Shown: positions 38,200 to 53,100 of the stretch, piece after piece
How positions within the stretch are numbered: the stretch's first letter is position 1
Layout of the letters: the number at the start of each line of letters is the position of its first letter
Source: a virus
Taxonomy: Duplodnaviria; Caudoviricetes
Length of the DNA: 64,000 nucleotides
IMG/VR virus record: IMGVR_UViG_3300021962_000022
Direction: 5' to 3' (one strand)
Made by a program: the position numbers and the translations under genes
The notes under the pieces: model-generated
What the model was told of the DNA's origin: nothing
The model's database searches: none
The model's input: only the letters and a program-made list of their open reading frames with translations

Positions 38200-41100
38200 T
38201 TAACAAACTTCTTCACAACCACAACCGTGTGCCCCACCACAACAAGTTACACCATAAGAGAAACCTGACGTACCACCTAAATTAGGTATTGTATACCATA
38301 CACCTCTGTCGAATACCGCTAAGTACATTACTCTACTTATACATCTACTTTCAGTTGTTGCTGTGGTGTATAATCGTTGAAAGAATTGACCATCACAACA
38401 TTGATAATACATATAAACTTGACCATAATCTGTAATGTCTCGGTCAGTAATATTAATCTCCGTACACTTACAATCACACGCACCTATGACCGATACTGAA
38501 CCAGTCCACGGAAATCCGCCGACGTTAGGTGCTCCACAAGCGCATAAAACTAATTCGTGATTTCCACCATTTGCCTCCCAATAAGCGGGGTCAGACAATG
38601 TTTGGGCATTACCCTGACAATCTGTGTAACTAACAAAGTTCCAATTGTTTAATTGAGTTACTAACCATTCACGACAATCACATGGTGGTGTTGATGAAGG
38701 TGTTGGGGTTGGAGTTGGTGATACACCCGCAGCAGCAGGGGAACTTGATGGTGTTACAGAAGGGGTAACAGATGGAGTTAAAGATGGTGTAACCGAAGGT
38801 GTTGGTGTTCTACTTGGTGTAACAGATGGAGTTAAAGATGGTGTAACACTAGCGGTTCTCGATGGTGTAACCGAACTTGTTGGTGTAACGCTCGGGGTTA
38901 CTGATGGTGTAACTGAAGGTGTAACTGATGGAGTTACGCTGGCAGTTCTTGAAGGGGTAACAGATGGTGTTGGTGGTGGGGATGCTCCCGCTGTTCTACT
39001 TGGTGTAACACTAGCGGTTCTTGATGGAGTTAAAGATGGTGTAACCGAAGGTGTTGGTGTAACACTTGGTGTTCTTGACGGTGTAACACTTGGTGTTATC
39101 GATGGTGTAACACTAGCGGTTCTCGATGGTGTAACGGATGGACAATTTTGAAACGTTTCAAGAATACATTCTTCACAACTACCATAACTTGATGTATATA
39201 TCGGGCCGGTATTTGGTCCAAAGTCATCAAATCTTGCACATAATTGGGCTGATTGTATATAAAACACCGTTCCAATTGCCGTACCAATTGGTACTCTACC
39301 TTGATAAATTGTTGTATCACCAGCACAACATGAAGTAAACACCGCACCTATGTACTGTGGACTTGGTGATGGTGTTACAGAAGACGTTGGTGTTAATGAA
39401 GGTGTAATAGATGGTGTTACTGAACTACTTGGTGTAACTGAAGGTGTAACGGAAGGTGTAACGCTCGATGTTGGTGTCACAGAAGGTGTAACGCTCCGTG
39501 TTGGGTCTGGTGTTCTTGATGGTGTAGGAGTAACAGAAGGTGTAACGCTCGATGTTGGTGTCACAGAAGGTGTAACGCTCCGTGTTGGGTCTGGTGTTAC
39601 TGAACTACTTGGTGTAACTGAAGGTGTTGTACTTGGTGTAATTGAAGGTGTTACAGAACTACTTGGAGTTACAGATGGTGTTCTTGAAGGGGTGATAGAT
39701 GGTGTAACAGATGATGTTGCGGTTACTGATGGTGTTGTACTTGGTGTAATTGAAGGTGTTACAGAACTACTTGGAGTTACTGATGGTGTTGTACTTGGTG
39801 TAATTGAAGGTGTTACAGAACTACTTGGAGTTACAGATGGTGTTGTACTTGGTGTGATAGACGCGGTAACACTTGATGTTGGTGTTAACGACGGAGTGAT
39901 AGAAGGTGTTACAGATGGAGTTCTTGAAGGGGTCAAAGAAGGTGTTCTTGACGGAGTTGCAGTTACTGAACTTGTTGGGGTTGGTGATGGTGTTGGACAG
40001 GTAAATACCGCGTTACAACTTGCACAATCAGCGAATTTTGAACTAGCCAATGTATAGAAAGGATATGCACCATTTGCAATTAAAACAAATGATTGATAAC
40101 ATGTCCCTCCAAATGGATAAATTCCAGGGTTACCAGTTATGTAGTTAAAATCACCCTGTGTCATGTTGATGTTGTAAATATTGTTATCACAACAACTCTG
40201 TGTTTGTACCGACACAATTACAGTTGATGGTGTTACTGTAGGTGTAACTGATGGAGTCACAGAACTACTTGGGGTTACCGAAGGTGTTACAGAAGGTGTA
40301 ACGCTCGATGTTGGTGTTACTGTAGGTGTAACTGATGGAGTCACAGAACTTGTAGGGGTTACGGATGATGTAACGGAAGGTGTAATGCTCGATGTTGGTG
40401 TCACAGAAGGTGTAACGCTCCGTGTTGGGTCTGGTGTTCTTGATGGTGTAGGAGTAACAGAAGGTGTAACGCTCGATGTTGGTGTCACAGAAGGTGTCAC
40501 TGATGGTGTTACACTTGGTGTGACAGAACTTGTTGGGGTAACTGATGAGGTAACCGACGGAGTCACTGAGCTTGTTACCGATGGTGTAACTGAAGGTGTT
40601 ACACTTGGAGTTACTGAAGAAGTAACAGATGGTGTAACGGAACTTGTTGGTGTTACTGATGGTGTTACTGAACTTGTAACCGAAGGTGTTACAGAACTAG
40701 TTGGGGTGACTGAAGGTGTTAGTGATGGGGTAACTGATGCGGTTCTACTTGGTGTAACTGATGGTGTAACAGATGATGTTGGTTCTGGTGTTCTTGATGG
40801 TGTAACAGATGATGTTGGAGTTACAGAAGGTGTTGTACTTGGTGTGATAGAAGGTGTTACGGATGATGTTGCTGTCACTGATGGAGTTACAGAAGGTGTC
40901 ACGGATGGTGTAACAGATGATGTTGGAGTTACAGAAGGTGTTGTACTTGGTGTGATAGAAGGTGTTACGGAACTTGATGGTGTAACGGAAGGTGTTAATG
41001 ATGGTGTAACTGACGGTGTAACACTTGAAGTTGCTGTCACTGATGGAGTTACAGAAGGTGTCACCGATGGAGTAACAGATGATGTTGGTGTTACGGATGG

Positions 41101-44100
41101 TGTTCTACTTGGTGTAATTGACGGAGTTACAGAACTACTTGGAGTTACAGAAGGAGTAACCGATGAAGTGATACTCGGAGTTACTGAAGACGATGGTGTT
41201 ATTGAAGGTGTTGTACTTGGTGTGATAGAAGGTGTTACGGAACTTGATGGTGTAACGGAAGGTGTTAATGATGGTGTAACTGACGGTGTAACACTTGAAG
41301 TTGGTGTAATTGACGGGGTTACCGATGGAGTTACCGATGGGGTAACACTTGATGTCGGTGTAACACTTGGTGTCCTACTTGGTGTAACTGATGGTGTCAC
41401 AGATGAAGTTGCAGTTACTGAAGGTGTTGTACTTGGTGTGATAGAAGCCGTCACAGATGGTGTTACAGAACTACTTGGAGTTACAGAAGGTGTTGTACTT
41501 GGTGTTATTGAAGAAGTTACCGACGGAGTTACAGAACTACTTGGGGTAACTGAAGGTGTTCTCGATGAAGTGACAGAAGGTGTTACAGAAGATGTTGGTG
41601 TAACAGAAGGTGTTACAGAAGGAGTCACGGATGGTGTAACCGAACTACTTGGAGTTACTGATGGTGTTGTACTTGGTGTAAGTGATGGGGTAACAGAACT
41701 TGTAGGAGTAACCGAACTAGTAACACTTGGTGTGAGAGATGGTGTAACCGAACTACTTGGTGTAACTGAAGGTGTTGTACTTGGTGTAAGTGATGGAGTA
41801 ACTGAGCTACTTGGGGTTACAGAAGGAGTAACACTTGGTGTAACTGAGCTCGTAACACTTGGAGTAACTGATGGTGTAACACTTGGTGTAACTGAGCTCG
41901 TAACACTTGGAGTAACTGATGGTGTAACGGAACTACTTGGTGTAACCGAAGGAGTAACAGAACTTGTTACAGAAGGAGTAACAGATGATGTTGCAGTTAC
42001 TGAAGGGGTTACTGAAGGTGTAACTGAAGGTGTTACCGAACTTGTTGCAGTTACCGAAGGGGTTCTTGACGGGGTGACACTCGGTGTAACACTAGAAGTA
42101 GGTGTAACAGATGGAGTAACGGATGGTGTTACTGAACTTGTTATGGATGGTGTTACCGAACTAGTAACTGAAGGAGTAACTGATGGAGTCACACTTGGAG
42201 TTACGGATGATGTTGGTGTTACAGATGATGTCACCGAAGGGGTTATACTCGGTGTAACCGAACTAGTAGGTGTAACGGATGGAGTTACTGATGGTGTAAG
42301 TGATGGTGTAACGGAACTAGTAGATGTTACAGAAGGGGTTACTGATGGTGTAAGTGATGGTGTAACGGAACTAGTAGATGTTACAGAGGGGGTTACTGAA
42401 CTTGTAACACTTGGAGTAACTGAAGACGTTGGTGTTACCGAAGGTGTTACCGAAGGTGTAACCGATGGGGTTACTGAAGAAGTTGGTGTTACTGACGGTG
42501 TTACCGAAGGAGTTACAGAACTTGTTACCGAAGGTGTAACGGAAGGTGTTAAAGATGGTGTTATACTTGGTGTTACTGAAGGTGTTACGGAACTACTTGG
42601 TGTAACACTTGGCGTTCTTGAAGGAGTAACACTTGGTGTAACTGAACTTGTTGGCGTAACTGAACTTGTAACTGACGGGGTTATTGAAGAAGTAACACTT
42701 GGAGTTACGGAACTAGTAACAGATGGAGTGACACTTGGTGTTATAGATGGTGTAACAGAACTTGTGGGTGTTACTGATGGTGTAAGTGATGGAGTAACAG
42801 AAGGTGTTACTGACGATGTCGCGGTTACGGATGGGGTAACAGATGGTGTAAGTGATGGTGTTACCGAACTTGTTGGAGTAACAGATGGTGTAACGGATGG
42901 TGTAACAGAACTAGTAACTGATGGAGTAACCGAACTTGTTACTGAAGGAGTTACACTTGGAGTAATCGATGGAGTTACTGAAGATGTTGGAGTTACAGAA
43001 GGTGTTGTACTTGGTGTAATTGATGGGGTTACAGATGACGTTGCGGTTACGGATGGGGTAACAGATGGTGTAAGTGATGGTGTTACACTTGATGTTACTG
43101 ATGGAGTAACACTTGGTGTTCTTGATGGTGTTATAGATGGTGTAACTGAACTTGTCGGTGTAACTGAACTTGTAACAGATGGTGTGACAGATGGTGTTAC
43201 CGAACTAGTTGCAGTAACCGAAGGAGTAACCGAAGGGGTAACCGACGGAGTAACGGAACTTGTTGGAGTTATAGATGGTGTAACGGAACTAGTAACCGAT
43301 GGAGTTACACTTGATGTTACCGATGGGGTTACACTTGGTGTTACAGAACTTGTTACCGATGGTGTTACTGAACTTGTAACCGAAGGTGTAACAGAACTTG
43401 TAACTGACGGAGTAACAGAAGGTGTTACTGAACTAGTAGGTGTCACTGATGGAGTCACACTTGGTGTTACACTTGGAGTAACAGACGAAGTTGGTGTCAC
43501 AGATGGAGTAACCGATGGTGTTACTGAACTAGTAACCGATGGTGTAACAGACGATGTCACTGATGGAGTCACACTTGGTGTTACACTTGGAGTAACAGAC
43601 GAAGTTGGTGTCACAGATGGAGTAACCGATGGGGTTATACTTGGTGTTACCGAACTTGTTGGAGTTATAGATGGTGTAACGGAACTAGTAACCGATGGAG
43701 TTACACTTGATGTTACCGATGGGGTTACACTTGGTGTTCTTGACGGTGTTATAGATGGTGTCACGCTCGAAGTTGGTGTAACAGATGGAGTTACAGAACT
43801 TGTTACCGAAGGTGTTACAGATGATGTTGGTGTTACTGATGGTGTTACGGAACTTGTAACCGATGGAGTTACAGACGAAGTAACGGATGGAGTCACTGAC
43901 GGAGTAACCGATGGTGTAACCGAACTTGTTGCGGTAACACTTGGTGTCACACTTGAAGTAACGGATGGAGTCACTGAACTTGTTGGTGTTACCGATGGTG
44001 TTACTGATGGAGTTACGCTTGATGTCACTGAAGGTGTTACCGATGGGGTAACTGAAGGTGTTCTTGATGGTGTAACTGATGGTGTTACCGAACTTGTTGG

Positions 44101-47100
44101 AGTAACTGATGAGGTAACTGATGGAGTCACTGAAGAAGTGACCGATGGGGTAATGGATGATGTTGGAGTAACAGATGGTGTAACTGATGGTGTTAGTGAT
44201 GGGGTTACTGAAGACGTTGGGGTTACAGATGGTGTAACACTCGGAGTTATGGAACTCGTTACTGACGGAGTCACTGAACTTGTTACCGACGGTGTTATTG
44301 ATGGTGTTGCCGATGGAGTAACAGAACTTGTCGGAGTTACTGAAGGAGTTACTGATGGTGTTACCGAACTTGTTACGGATGGAGTTACCGAACTTGTAAC
44401 AGACGGAGTAACTGACGATGTCACAGATGGCGTAACACTTGATGTTGGAGTTACTGATGGTGTTACCGAACTAGTAACAGATGGTGTAACTGAACTTGTA
44501 ACAGAAGGAGTAACTGAAGGTGTTCTTGACGGTGTTACAGATGGTGTAACTGATGATGTCGGGGTAACTGATGGAGTTACAGAACTAGTAACCGATGGAG
44601 TTACTGAAGATGTTGGAGTAACAGATGGTGTTACACTTGGTGTTACTGACGCGGTTACTGATGGAGTTACAGATGATGTAACTGATGGGGTAACCGAACT
44701 TGTTACCGAGGGTGTTACTGACGAAGTTGGTGTTACTGACGGAGTTACTGATGGTGTTATACTTGGAGTAACAGAACTTGTTGGGGTTACCGAAGCCGTA
44801 ACAGAAGGTGTTACTGAACTTGTTACCGAAGGTGTTACGGATGATGTTACAGATGGCGTTCTACTTGGTGTAATAGATGGTGTTACGGAACTAGTTGGGG
44901 TAACTGAAGGAGTTACGGATGGGGTAACAGAACTTGTCACCGAAGGTGTTACAGATGGTGTTACGGATGGAGTAACCGATGGTGTAACTGATGGTGTAAC
45001 AGACGAAGTTGGTGTCACAGAAGGTGTAACCGATGGAGTGACACTTGACGTTACTGACGGAGTCACTGAACTTGTTACCGACGGTGTTATTGATGGTGTA
45101 ATAGATGGTGTTACTGAACTAGTTGGGGTAACTGAAGGAGTCACGGATGGGGTTACAGAACTAGTGACAGATGGTGTTACTGAAGGGGTTACAGACGGAG
45201 TAACTGACGAGGTTACAGAAGGGGTTACACTTGATGTTGGAGTAACTGAAGCGGTAACTGACGGTGTTACGGATGGGGTAACAGAACTTGTTACCGAAGG
45301 TGTTACAGATGGTGTAACAGAAGGTGTTACAGAAGATGTTGGTGTAACAGATGGTGTTACTGAAGGTGTTACCGACGGTGTTACAGAACTAGTTGGTGTT
45401 ACTGATGGAGTTACTGAAGGTGTAACGGAACTAGTGACAGATGGTGTTACTGAAGGTGTTACTGATGCGGTTACCGATGGAGTAACTGAAGAAGTTGGTG
45501 TAATCGATGGTGTCACAGACGAAGTTACAGAAGGTGTAACAGAACTTGTTGGCGTTACACTCGGAGTTACTGATGGTGTTATCGAAGGTGTTACTGATGA
45601 TGTAACAGATGGAGTTATACTTGGTGTAACTGAACTTGTAACACTTGGAGTCACAGAACTTGTAGGGGTTACGGATGATGTAACGGAAGGTGTAACCGAT
45701 GGGGTAACTGATGATGTCACCGACGGAGTGATAGACGGAGTCACACTTGATGTCACCGATGGTGTAACTGAACTGGTGGGTGTTACTGACGGTGTAATCG
45801 ATGGTGTAACGGAAGGTGTTATAGAACTAGTTACTGAAGGTGTTACAGAAGGTGTTCTACTTGGTGTTACTGATGGAGTAACGGAACTTGTAGGAGTTAC
45901 CGACGAAGTAACAGAAGGAGTTACTGAACTTGTAACTGATGGAGTTACAGAAGGGGTTAAAGATGGTGTTACAGAACTAGTGACTGACGGTGTTACCGAT
46001 GAAGTTGGTGTTACCGAAGGTGTGACAGATGGAGTAACAGATGATGTCACGGATGGCGTAACGCTTGGGGTAACACTAGGTGTGACTGAAGGTGTTACGG
46101 ATGGGGTTACTGAACTTGTTGGTGTTACAGAAGGTGTGACAGATGGAGTAACAGATGGTGTAACCGATGATGTTACCGATGGAGTAACCGATGGAGTGAC
46201 AGAACTAGTGACTGATGGTGTTACACTCGAAGTAGGTGTTACCGATGGAGTAACTGATGGTGTAACTGAACTTGTAACGGAAGGTGTTACTGAAGGTGTA
46301 AGTGATGGGGTGACTGATGACGTAACTGAAGGAGTCACTGATGATGTTGGGGTAACAGATGATGTTACTGAAGGTGTTACAGAAGGAGTTATCGATGATG
46401 TAACCGATGGTGTTACCGAACTAGTAACAGAAGGGGTTACACTTGGTGTTACTGATGATGTCGGTGTAACACTTGGTGTTCTACTTGGGGTAACTGATGG
46501 AGTTACAGAACTTGTAGGTGTTACTGACGGTGTTAATGATGGCGTAACTGAACTTGTAACAGAAGGTGTAACAGATGGTGTTACCGAACTAGTAACTGAT
46601 GGAGTTACACTTGGAGTTACAGATGATGTGGGTGTTACAGAACTTGTAACCGATGGAGTTACAGAACTAGTGACTGACGGAGTAACCGATGGAGTAACGG
46701 ATGGTGTAACTGAACTCGTAACCGAAGGGGTCACTGAAGAAGTTGGGGTAACAGAGGGTGTTCTACTTGGGGTGATGGATGGGGTGATGGATGACGTAAC
46801 TGAGGGAGTGACACTCGGAGTAACCGATGAAGTCACTGAAGGTGTAACACTCGAAGTAGGTGTCACTGATGGTGTAACCGATGGTGTAACTGATGAAGTA
46901 GGTGTCACTGATGGTGTAACCGATGGTGTAACTGATGAAGTAGGTGTCACTGATGGTGTAACCGATGGTGTAACACTCGAAGTAGGTGTCACTGATGGTG
47001 TAACCGATGGTGTAACACTCGAAGTAGGTGTCACTGATGGTGTAACCGATGGTGTAACTGATGAAGTAGGTGTAACCGATGAAGTCACTGAAGGTGTAAC

Positions 47101-50100
47101 ACTCGAAGTAGGTGTCACTGATGGTGTCACTGATGGTGTAACCGATGGTGTAACTGATGAAGTAGGTGTAACCGATGAGGTAACTGACGGTGTAACAGAA
47201 CTAGTGACCGATGGAGTTACAGAACTTGTTACCGAAGGTGTAATCGAAGGAGTTACCGACGGTGTCACAGACGAAGTTGGTGTTACAGACGGAGTTACAC
47301 TTGGTGTTACAGACGGAGTTACAGACGAAGTTGGTGTTACAGACGGAGTTACACTTGGTGTTACAGACGGAGTTACACTCGATGTTACAGATGGAGTAAC
47401 AGATGGAGTGACAGAACTAGTAACTGATGGAGTCACACTCGATGTTGGGGTAACTGAAGGAGTCACGGATGGGGTAACAGAACTTGTTACCGAAGGTGTT
47501 ACTGACGAAGTTGGTGTTACGGATGGAGTTACCGAAGGGGTAACAGAACTTGTTACCGATGGTGTTACAGAACTAGTAACTGAAGGTGTTAATGATGGTG
47601 TTATTGATGGTGTAACTGATGGAGTGACGCTCGAAGTAGGGGTTACTGATGAGGTGACAGAAGGTGTTACCGAACTAGTAACTGATGGTGTAACTGATGG
47701 GGTTACTGAAGGTGTTACAGAACTAGTAACCGATGGTGTCACACTTGATGTTGGAGTTACTGATGGTGTTGTACTTGGTGTAAGTGATGGGGTTACCGAT
47801 GATGTAGGTGTTACTGAAGGTGTTACCGATGGAGTAACACTTGAAGTAACTGACGGTGTAACGGATGGTGTTACACTTGGGGTAACACTCGATGTTACAG
47901 ATGGGGTCACAGAACTAGTTGGTGTAACAGACGATGTAACCGACGGGGTTATAGAAGGTGTAACTGATGGGGTTACAGAACTAGTAACTGATGGGGTTAC
48001 AGAACTTGTTACACTTGGTGTTACTGATGAGGTTGGAGTCACCGACGGAGTAACCGAAGGAGTAATCGAAGGTGTTACTGAACTAGTTGGTGTGACAGAA
48101 GATGTAACTGATGGTGTAACAGAGGGTGTAACTGATGATGTTGGGGTTACTGATGAAGTTACCGATGGGGTAACAGAACTTGTTACTGAAGGAGTAACCG
48201 AAGAAGTTGGTGTTACGGATGGGGTGACCGAACTAGTGACAGAAGGTGTTACCGATGGAGTGACACTTGAAGTAACTGACGGTGTAACTGAACTACTTGG
48301 GGTAACACTTGGGGTTACTGATGAAGTTACCGATGGTGTAACACTCGATGTCGGAGTTACTGATGGAGTAACAGAACTTGTTACTGACGGAGTTACTGAT
48401 GGTGTAACAGAAGGAGTAACACTCGGAGTTACAGATGATGTAACAGATGGTGTTACTGAACTTGTAGGGGTTACTGAAGGTGTTAGTGAAGCGGTTACCG
48501 ATGGGGTAACTGAACTTGTTGGTGTTACCGATGCGGTAACGGAAGGTGTGATAGATGGAGTAACACTTGGTGTCACCGATGAGGTTACGGATGGGGTAAC
48601 TGATGGTGTTCTACTCGGTGTTACTGACGGTGTAACAGATGATGTTGGTGTTACGGATGGTGTTACACTTGGGGTTACAGATGGTGTTACCGAACTAGTT
48701 GCAGTAACCGAAGGAGTAACTGAAGGTGTTACCGAAGGTGTGACAGAACTTGTAGGAGTAACCGATGAGGTAACAGATGGGGTCACTGATGAAGTTACTG
48801 ATGGAGTAACGCTCGATGTTGGTGTTACTGAAGATGTTACACTTGGTGTTAAGGATGGTGTGACTGATGATGTTACTGAAGGAGTTACTGATGGTGTTAT
48901 ACTTGGGGTTACAGATGATGTAACGGAAGGTGTTACTGACGATGTTGGGGTTACGCTCGGAGTTACGGATGCGGTAATAGATGGTGTTACAGAACTAGTG
49001 ACAGATGGTGTAACACTTGGTGTAACCGATGAGGTAACAGATGGGGTAACTGAACTACTTGGTGTAACGCTTGGTGTCCTCGATGGGGTAATTGATGGTG
49101 TAACAGATGAAGTTGGTGTAACTGACGGAGTAATCGAACTTGTTACAGATGGAGTTATTGAACTTGTTACAGATGGAGTTACAGAACTTGTTACCGAAGG
49201 TGTTAATGATGGTGTTACGGAACTAGTTGGTGTTACTGATGGTGTAAGTGATGGTGTGACAGATGGTGTGATAGATGGTGTAACCGAATTAGTGACTGAT
49301 GGTGTAACGGATGGTGTTACGGAACTCGAAACTGAAGGTGTTAATGATGGTGTAACTGAAGGTGTTAATGACGCGGTTACGGACGGTGTTAAACTTGGTG
49401 TTACTGAAGGTGTTGGTGTACTTGTTGGCGTTGGTGATGGTAACATCGTATAATCAATGTCACATGAAGGTGCTGGTGTAGGGGTTACTGATGGTGTTAA
49501 AGACGGAGTAACCGATGGAGTTACAGAACTAGTTGGTGTAACGCTTGGTGTGACAGATGGAGTTACTGATGGGGTGACAGAACTAGTAATAGAAGGTGTT
49601 ACCGATGAGGTTACACTTGGTGTTACTGAACTTGTAGGTGTAATTGATGGTGTAACGGAACTAGTGACCGAAGGTGTAACCGATGGTGTAACGGAACTAG
49701 TTGGGGTGACTGACGGAGTTCTACTTGGTGTTAGTGATGGTGTAATAGAAGGAGTTACACTTGGAGTAACTGAACTTGTTGGAGTAACACTCGGGGTTAC
49801 AGATGATGTAACAGAAGGTGTTACTGAACTTGTGACAGAGGGTGTTACTGATGGGGTAACAGATGGTGTTACACTTGGTGTTACTGAACTTGTAGGGGTT
49901 ACTGATGGTGTTCTAGATGTCGTAACGGAAGGGGTTACGGAACTAGTTGGTGTTACGGAACTAGTAACAGATGGTGTAACCGACGGCGTTACTGAACTAG
50001 TAACTGACGGAGTAACACTTGGGGTTTCACTTGGAGTAACCGAAGGTGTTTCACTTGGTGTTATCGACGGTGTAACCGAACTAGTAGGTGTAACCGAAGG

Positions 50101-53100
50101 TGTTTCACTTGGAGTGATTGACGGTGTTACAGAACTAGTTAGAGTAATGGAAGGTGTTATACTTGGGGTTACCGATGATGTTACTGAGGGAGTTATAGAT
50201 GGGGTTATACTCGGTGTAACCGATGCGGTGACAGATGGTGTAACTGAACTCGTGGGTGTAACTGATGGAGTTACCGATGCGGTGACAGATGGTGTAACTG
50301 AACTAGTAACACTTGGAGTAACGGATGCTGTAACTGAAGGTGTTATACTTGGTGTAACAGAACTAGTTGGGGTTACAGATGGAGTTTCACTTGGTGTTAT
50401 CGACGGTGTTATACTTGGTGTAACAGACGCAGTAACTGATGGAGTTATACTTGGTGTAACAGACGCAGTAACAGATGGTGTTACCGAACTAGTGGGTGTA
50501 ACCGAAGGTGTTTCACTTGGAGTTATACTTGGTGTAACAGAACTAGTGACTGATGGTGTAACACTTGCGGTAACGGAAGGTGTCACTGATGGTGTAACCG
50601 ATGCGGTAACTGATGGTGTTATACTTGGTGTAACGGAACTAGTAACAGATGGTGTCACCGAAGGTGTAACAGATGATGTCGGTGTAACACTTGGTGTTTC
50701 ACTTGGAGTTATACTTGGTGTAACTGATGATGTCGGTGTAACACTTGGTGTTTCACTTGGAGTTATACTTGGTGTAACTGACGGAGTAACACTTGATGTT
50801 GGAGTTACAGATGGGGTTATACTTGGAGTTACCGATGCAGTAACCGACGGTGTAACCGAACTAGTTGGTGTAACAGATGGAGTTTCACTTGGTGTGATAC
50901 TTGGTGTAACGGAACTAGTAACAGATGGGGTTATACTTGGAGTTACCGATGCAGTAACCGACGGTGTTACTGAACTAGTTGGGGTTACAGATGGAGTTTC
51001 ACTTGGTGTTATCGACGGTGTTACGGAACTGGTTGGTGTAACTGAACTAGTAACACTAGGTGTTATACTTGGTGTAACTGAACTAGTAGGTGTAACACTT
51101 GGTGTAACGCTTGGTGTTACGGATGAAGTAACCGAAGGTGTAACTGAACTAGTCGGTGTAACACTTGGTGTTTCACTAGGTGTAACCGATGCGGTAACAG
51201 ATGGTGTTACTGAACTAGTAGGTGTAACACTTGGTGTTTCACTTGGTGTGATTGATGGTGTTATACTTGGTGTAACGGATGATGTTGGGGTTACAGATGG
51301 AGTTTCACTTGGAGTTATACTTGGAGTAACCGACGGTGTAACTGAACTAGTTGGTGTAACAGATGGAGTTTCACTTGGTGTGATACTTGGAGTTATACTT
51401 GGAGTAACTGATGATGTTGGTGTGATAGATGGTGTAACTGAACTAGTAACTGATGGAGTTACAGAACTTGTTGGGGTTATAGACGGAGTTTCACTAGGAG
51501 TGATTGACGGTGTTATACTTGGTGTAACTGATGAAGTAACAGATGGGGTTACTGATGGTGTTACTGAACTAGTGACACTTGGAGTAACTGAACTAGAGGG
51601 TGTAACCGAAGGTGTTGCACTTGGTGTTATACTTGGTGTAACTGATGATGTTGGTGTGACTGATGGAGTTACAGAACTAGTAACTGACGGAGTAACACTT
51701 GATGTTGGTGTAACACTTGGTGTTTCACTTGGAGTGATTGATGGTGTTATACTTGGTGTAACGGAACTAGTAACACTAGGTGTTATACTTGGTGTAACTG
51801 AACTAGTAACAGATGGTGTTACCGATGGTGTTTCACTTGGTGTTATACTTGGTGTAGCAGATGGTGTTACTGAACTAGTAGGTGTAACACTTGGTGTTTC
51901 ACTTGGTGTAACGGAACTAGTAACAGATGGTGTTATTGAAGGAGTTACAGAACTAGTGACTGATGGAGTTACTGAACTTGTCACACTTGGTGTAAGTGAT
52001 GGGGTAACAGAACTTGTTGGAGTTACGGAAGGTGTGATTGATGGTGTAACTGAAGGTGTTCTTGAGGGTGTTAAACTTGGTGTTACAGATGAACTTACAG
52101 ATGGAGTAACCGAACTTGTAACCGAAGGGGTTACGGAACTAGTTGGTGTTACGGAACTAGTAACAGATGGTGTTATTGAAGGAGTTACGGAAGGTGTTAA
52201 TGATGGTGTTACAGATGATGTTACAGAAGGGGTTACCGAAGGTGTTACAGAAGGTGTAACTGATGACGTTGGTGTTACGGAACTAGTAATCGATGGGGTT
52301 ACACTTGAAGTAACAGATGGTGTAACTGAACTAGTAACTGAAGGTGTTAATGATGGTGTTCTTGATGGTGTAACAGAAGGAGTTACGGATGAGGTTGGTG
52401 TAACCGATGAGGTAACCGATGGTGTAACCGAACTAGTAACTGAAGGGGTTACCGAGCTCGTTACTGATGGAGTAACACTTGAAGTTACAGAAGGAGTTAC
52501 GGAAGGTGTTATACTCGAGGTTGGGGTTACTGACGGTGTCAATGATGGTGTAACGGAACTAGTGACCGAAGGTGTAACCGATGGTGTAACTGATGGAGTG
52601 ACACTTGGTGTAATCGATGGGGTAACAGATGATGTTGGGGTGACTGACGGTGTTATACTTGGTGTAATTGATGGGGTTACCGATGATGTAGGTGTTACTG
52701 AAGGTGTTACCGATGGAGTGACACTTGAAGTAACTGACGGTGTAACGGATGGTGTTACACTTGGAGTCAATGAACTTGTAACTGATGGTGTTACAGATGA
52801 TGTCGGAGTTACTGATGGAGTAACAGAGGGTGTAACAGAACTAGTAACTGATGGTGTTACTGATGGTGTTAGTGATGGTGTAACTGAACTTGTAACAGAA
52901 GGTGTTACCGATGGTGTAACTGAACTAGTGACCGAAGGTGTAACCGATGGAGTTACAGACGAAGTTGGGGTTACACTTGGTGTGATTGACGGGGTAACCG
53001 AAGGGGTTACAGAACTAGTAACACTTGGAGTTACGGAACTGGTAACAGATGGTGTTACCGATGGAGTTACAGATGATGTTGGTGTTACTGAAGGGGTTAC

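Noticed and set aside
33170-40057. Smaller plus-strand GV-rich ORFs and minus-strand alternative-frame H/Q/L-rich ORFs (e.g. 33879-34373, 37137-37511)
   Set aside because: Same shadow effect over TPS linkers; no independent start context
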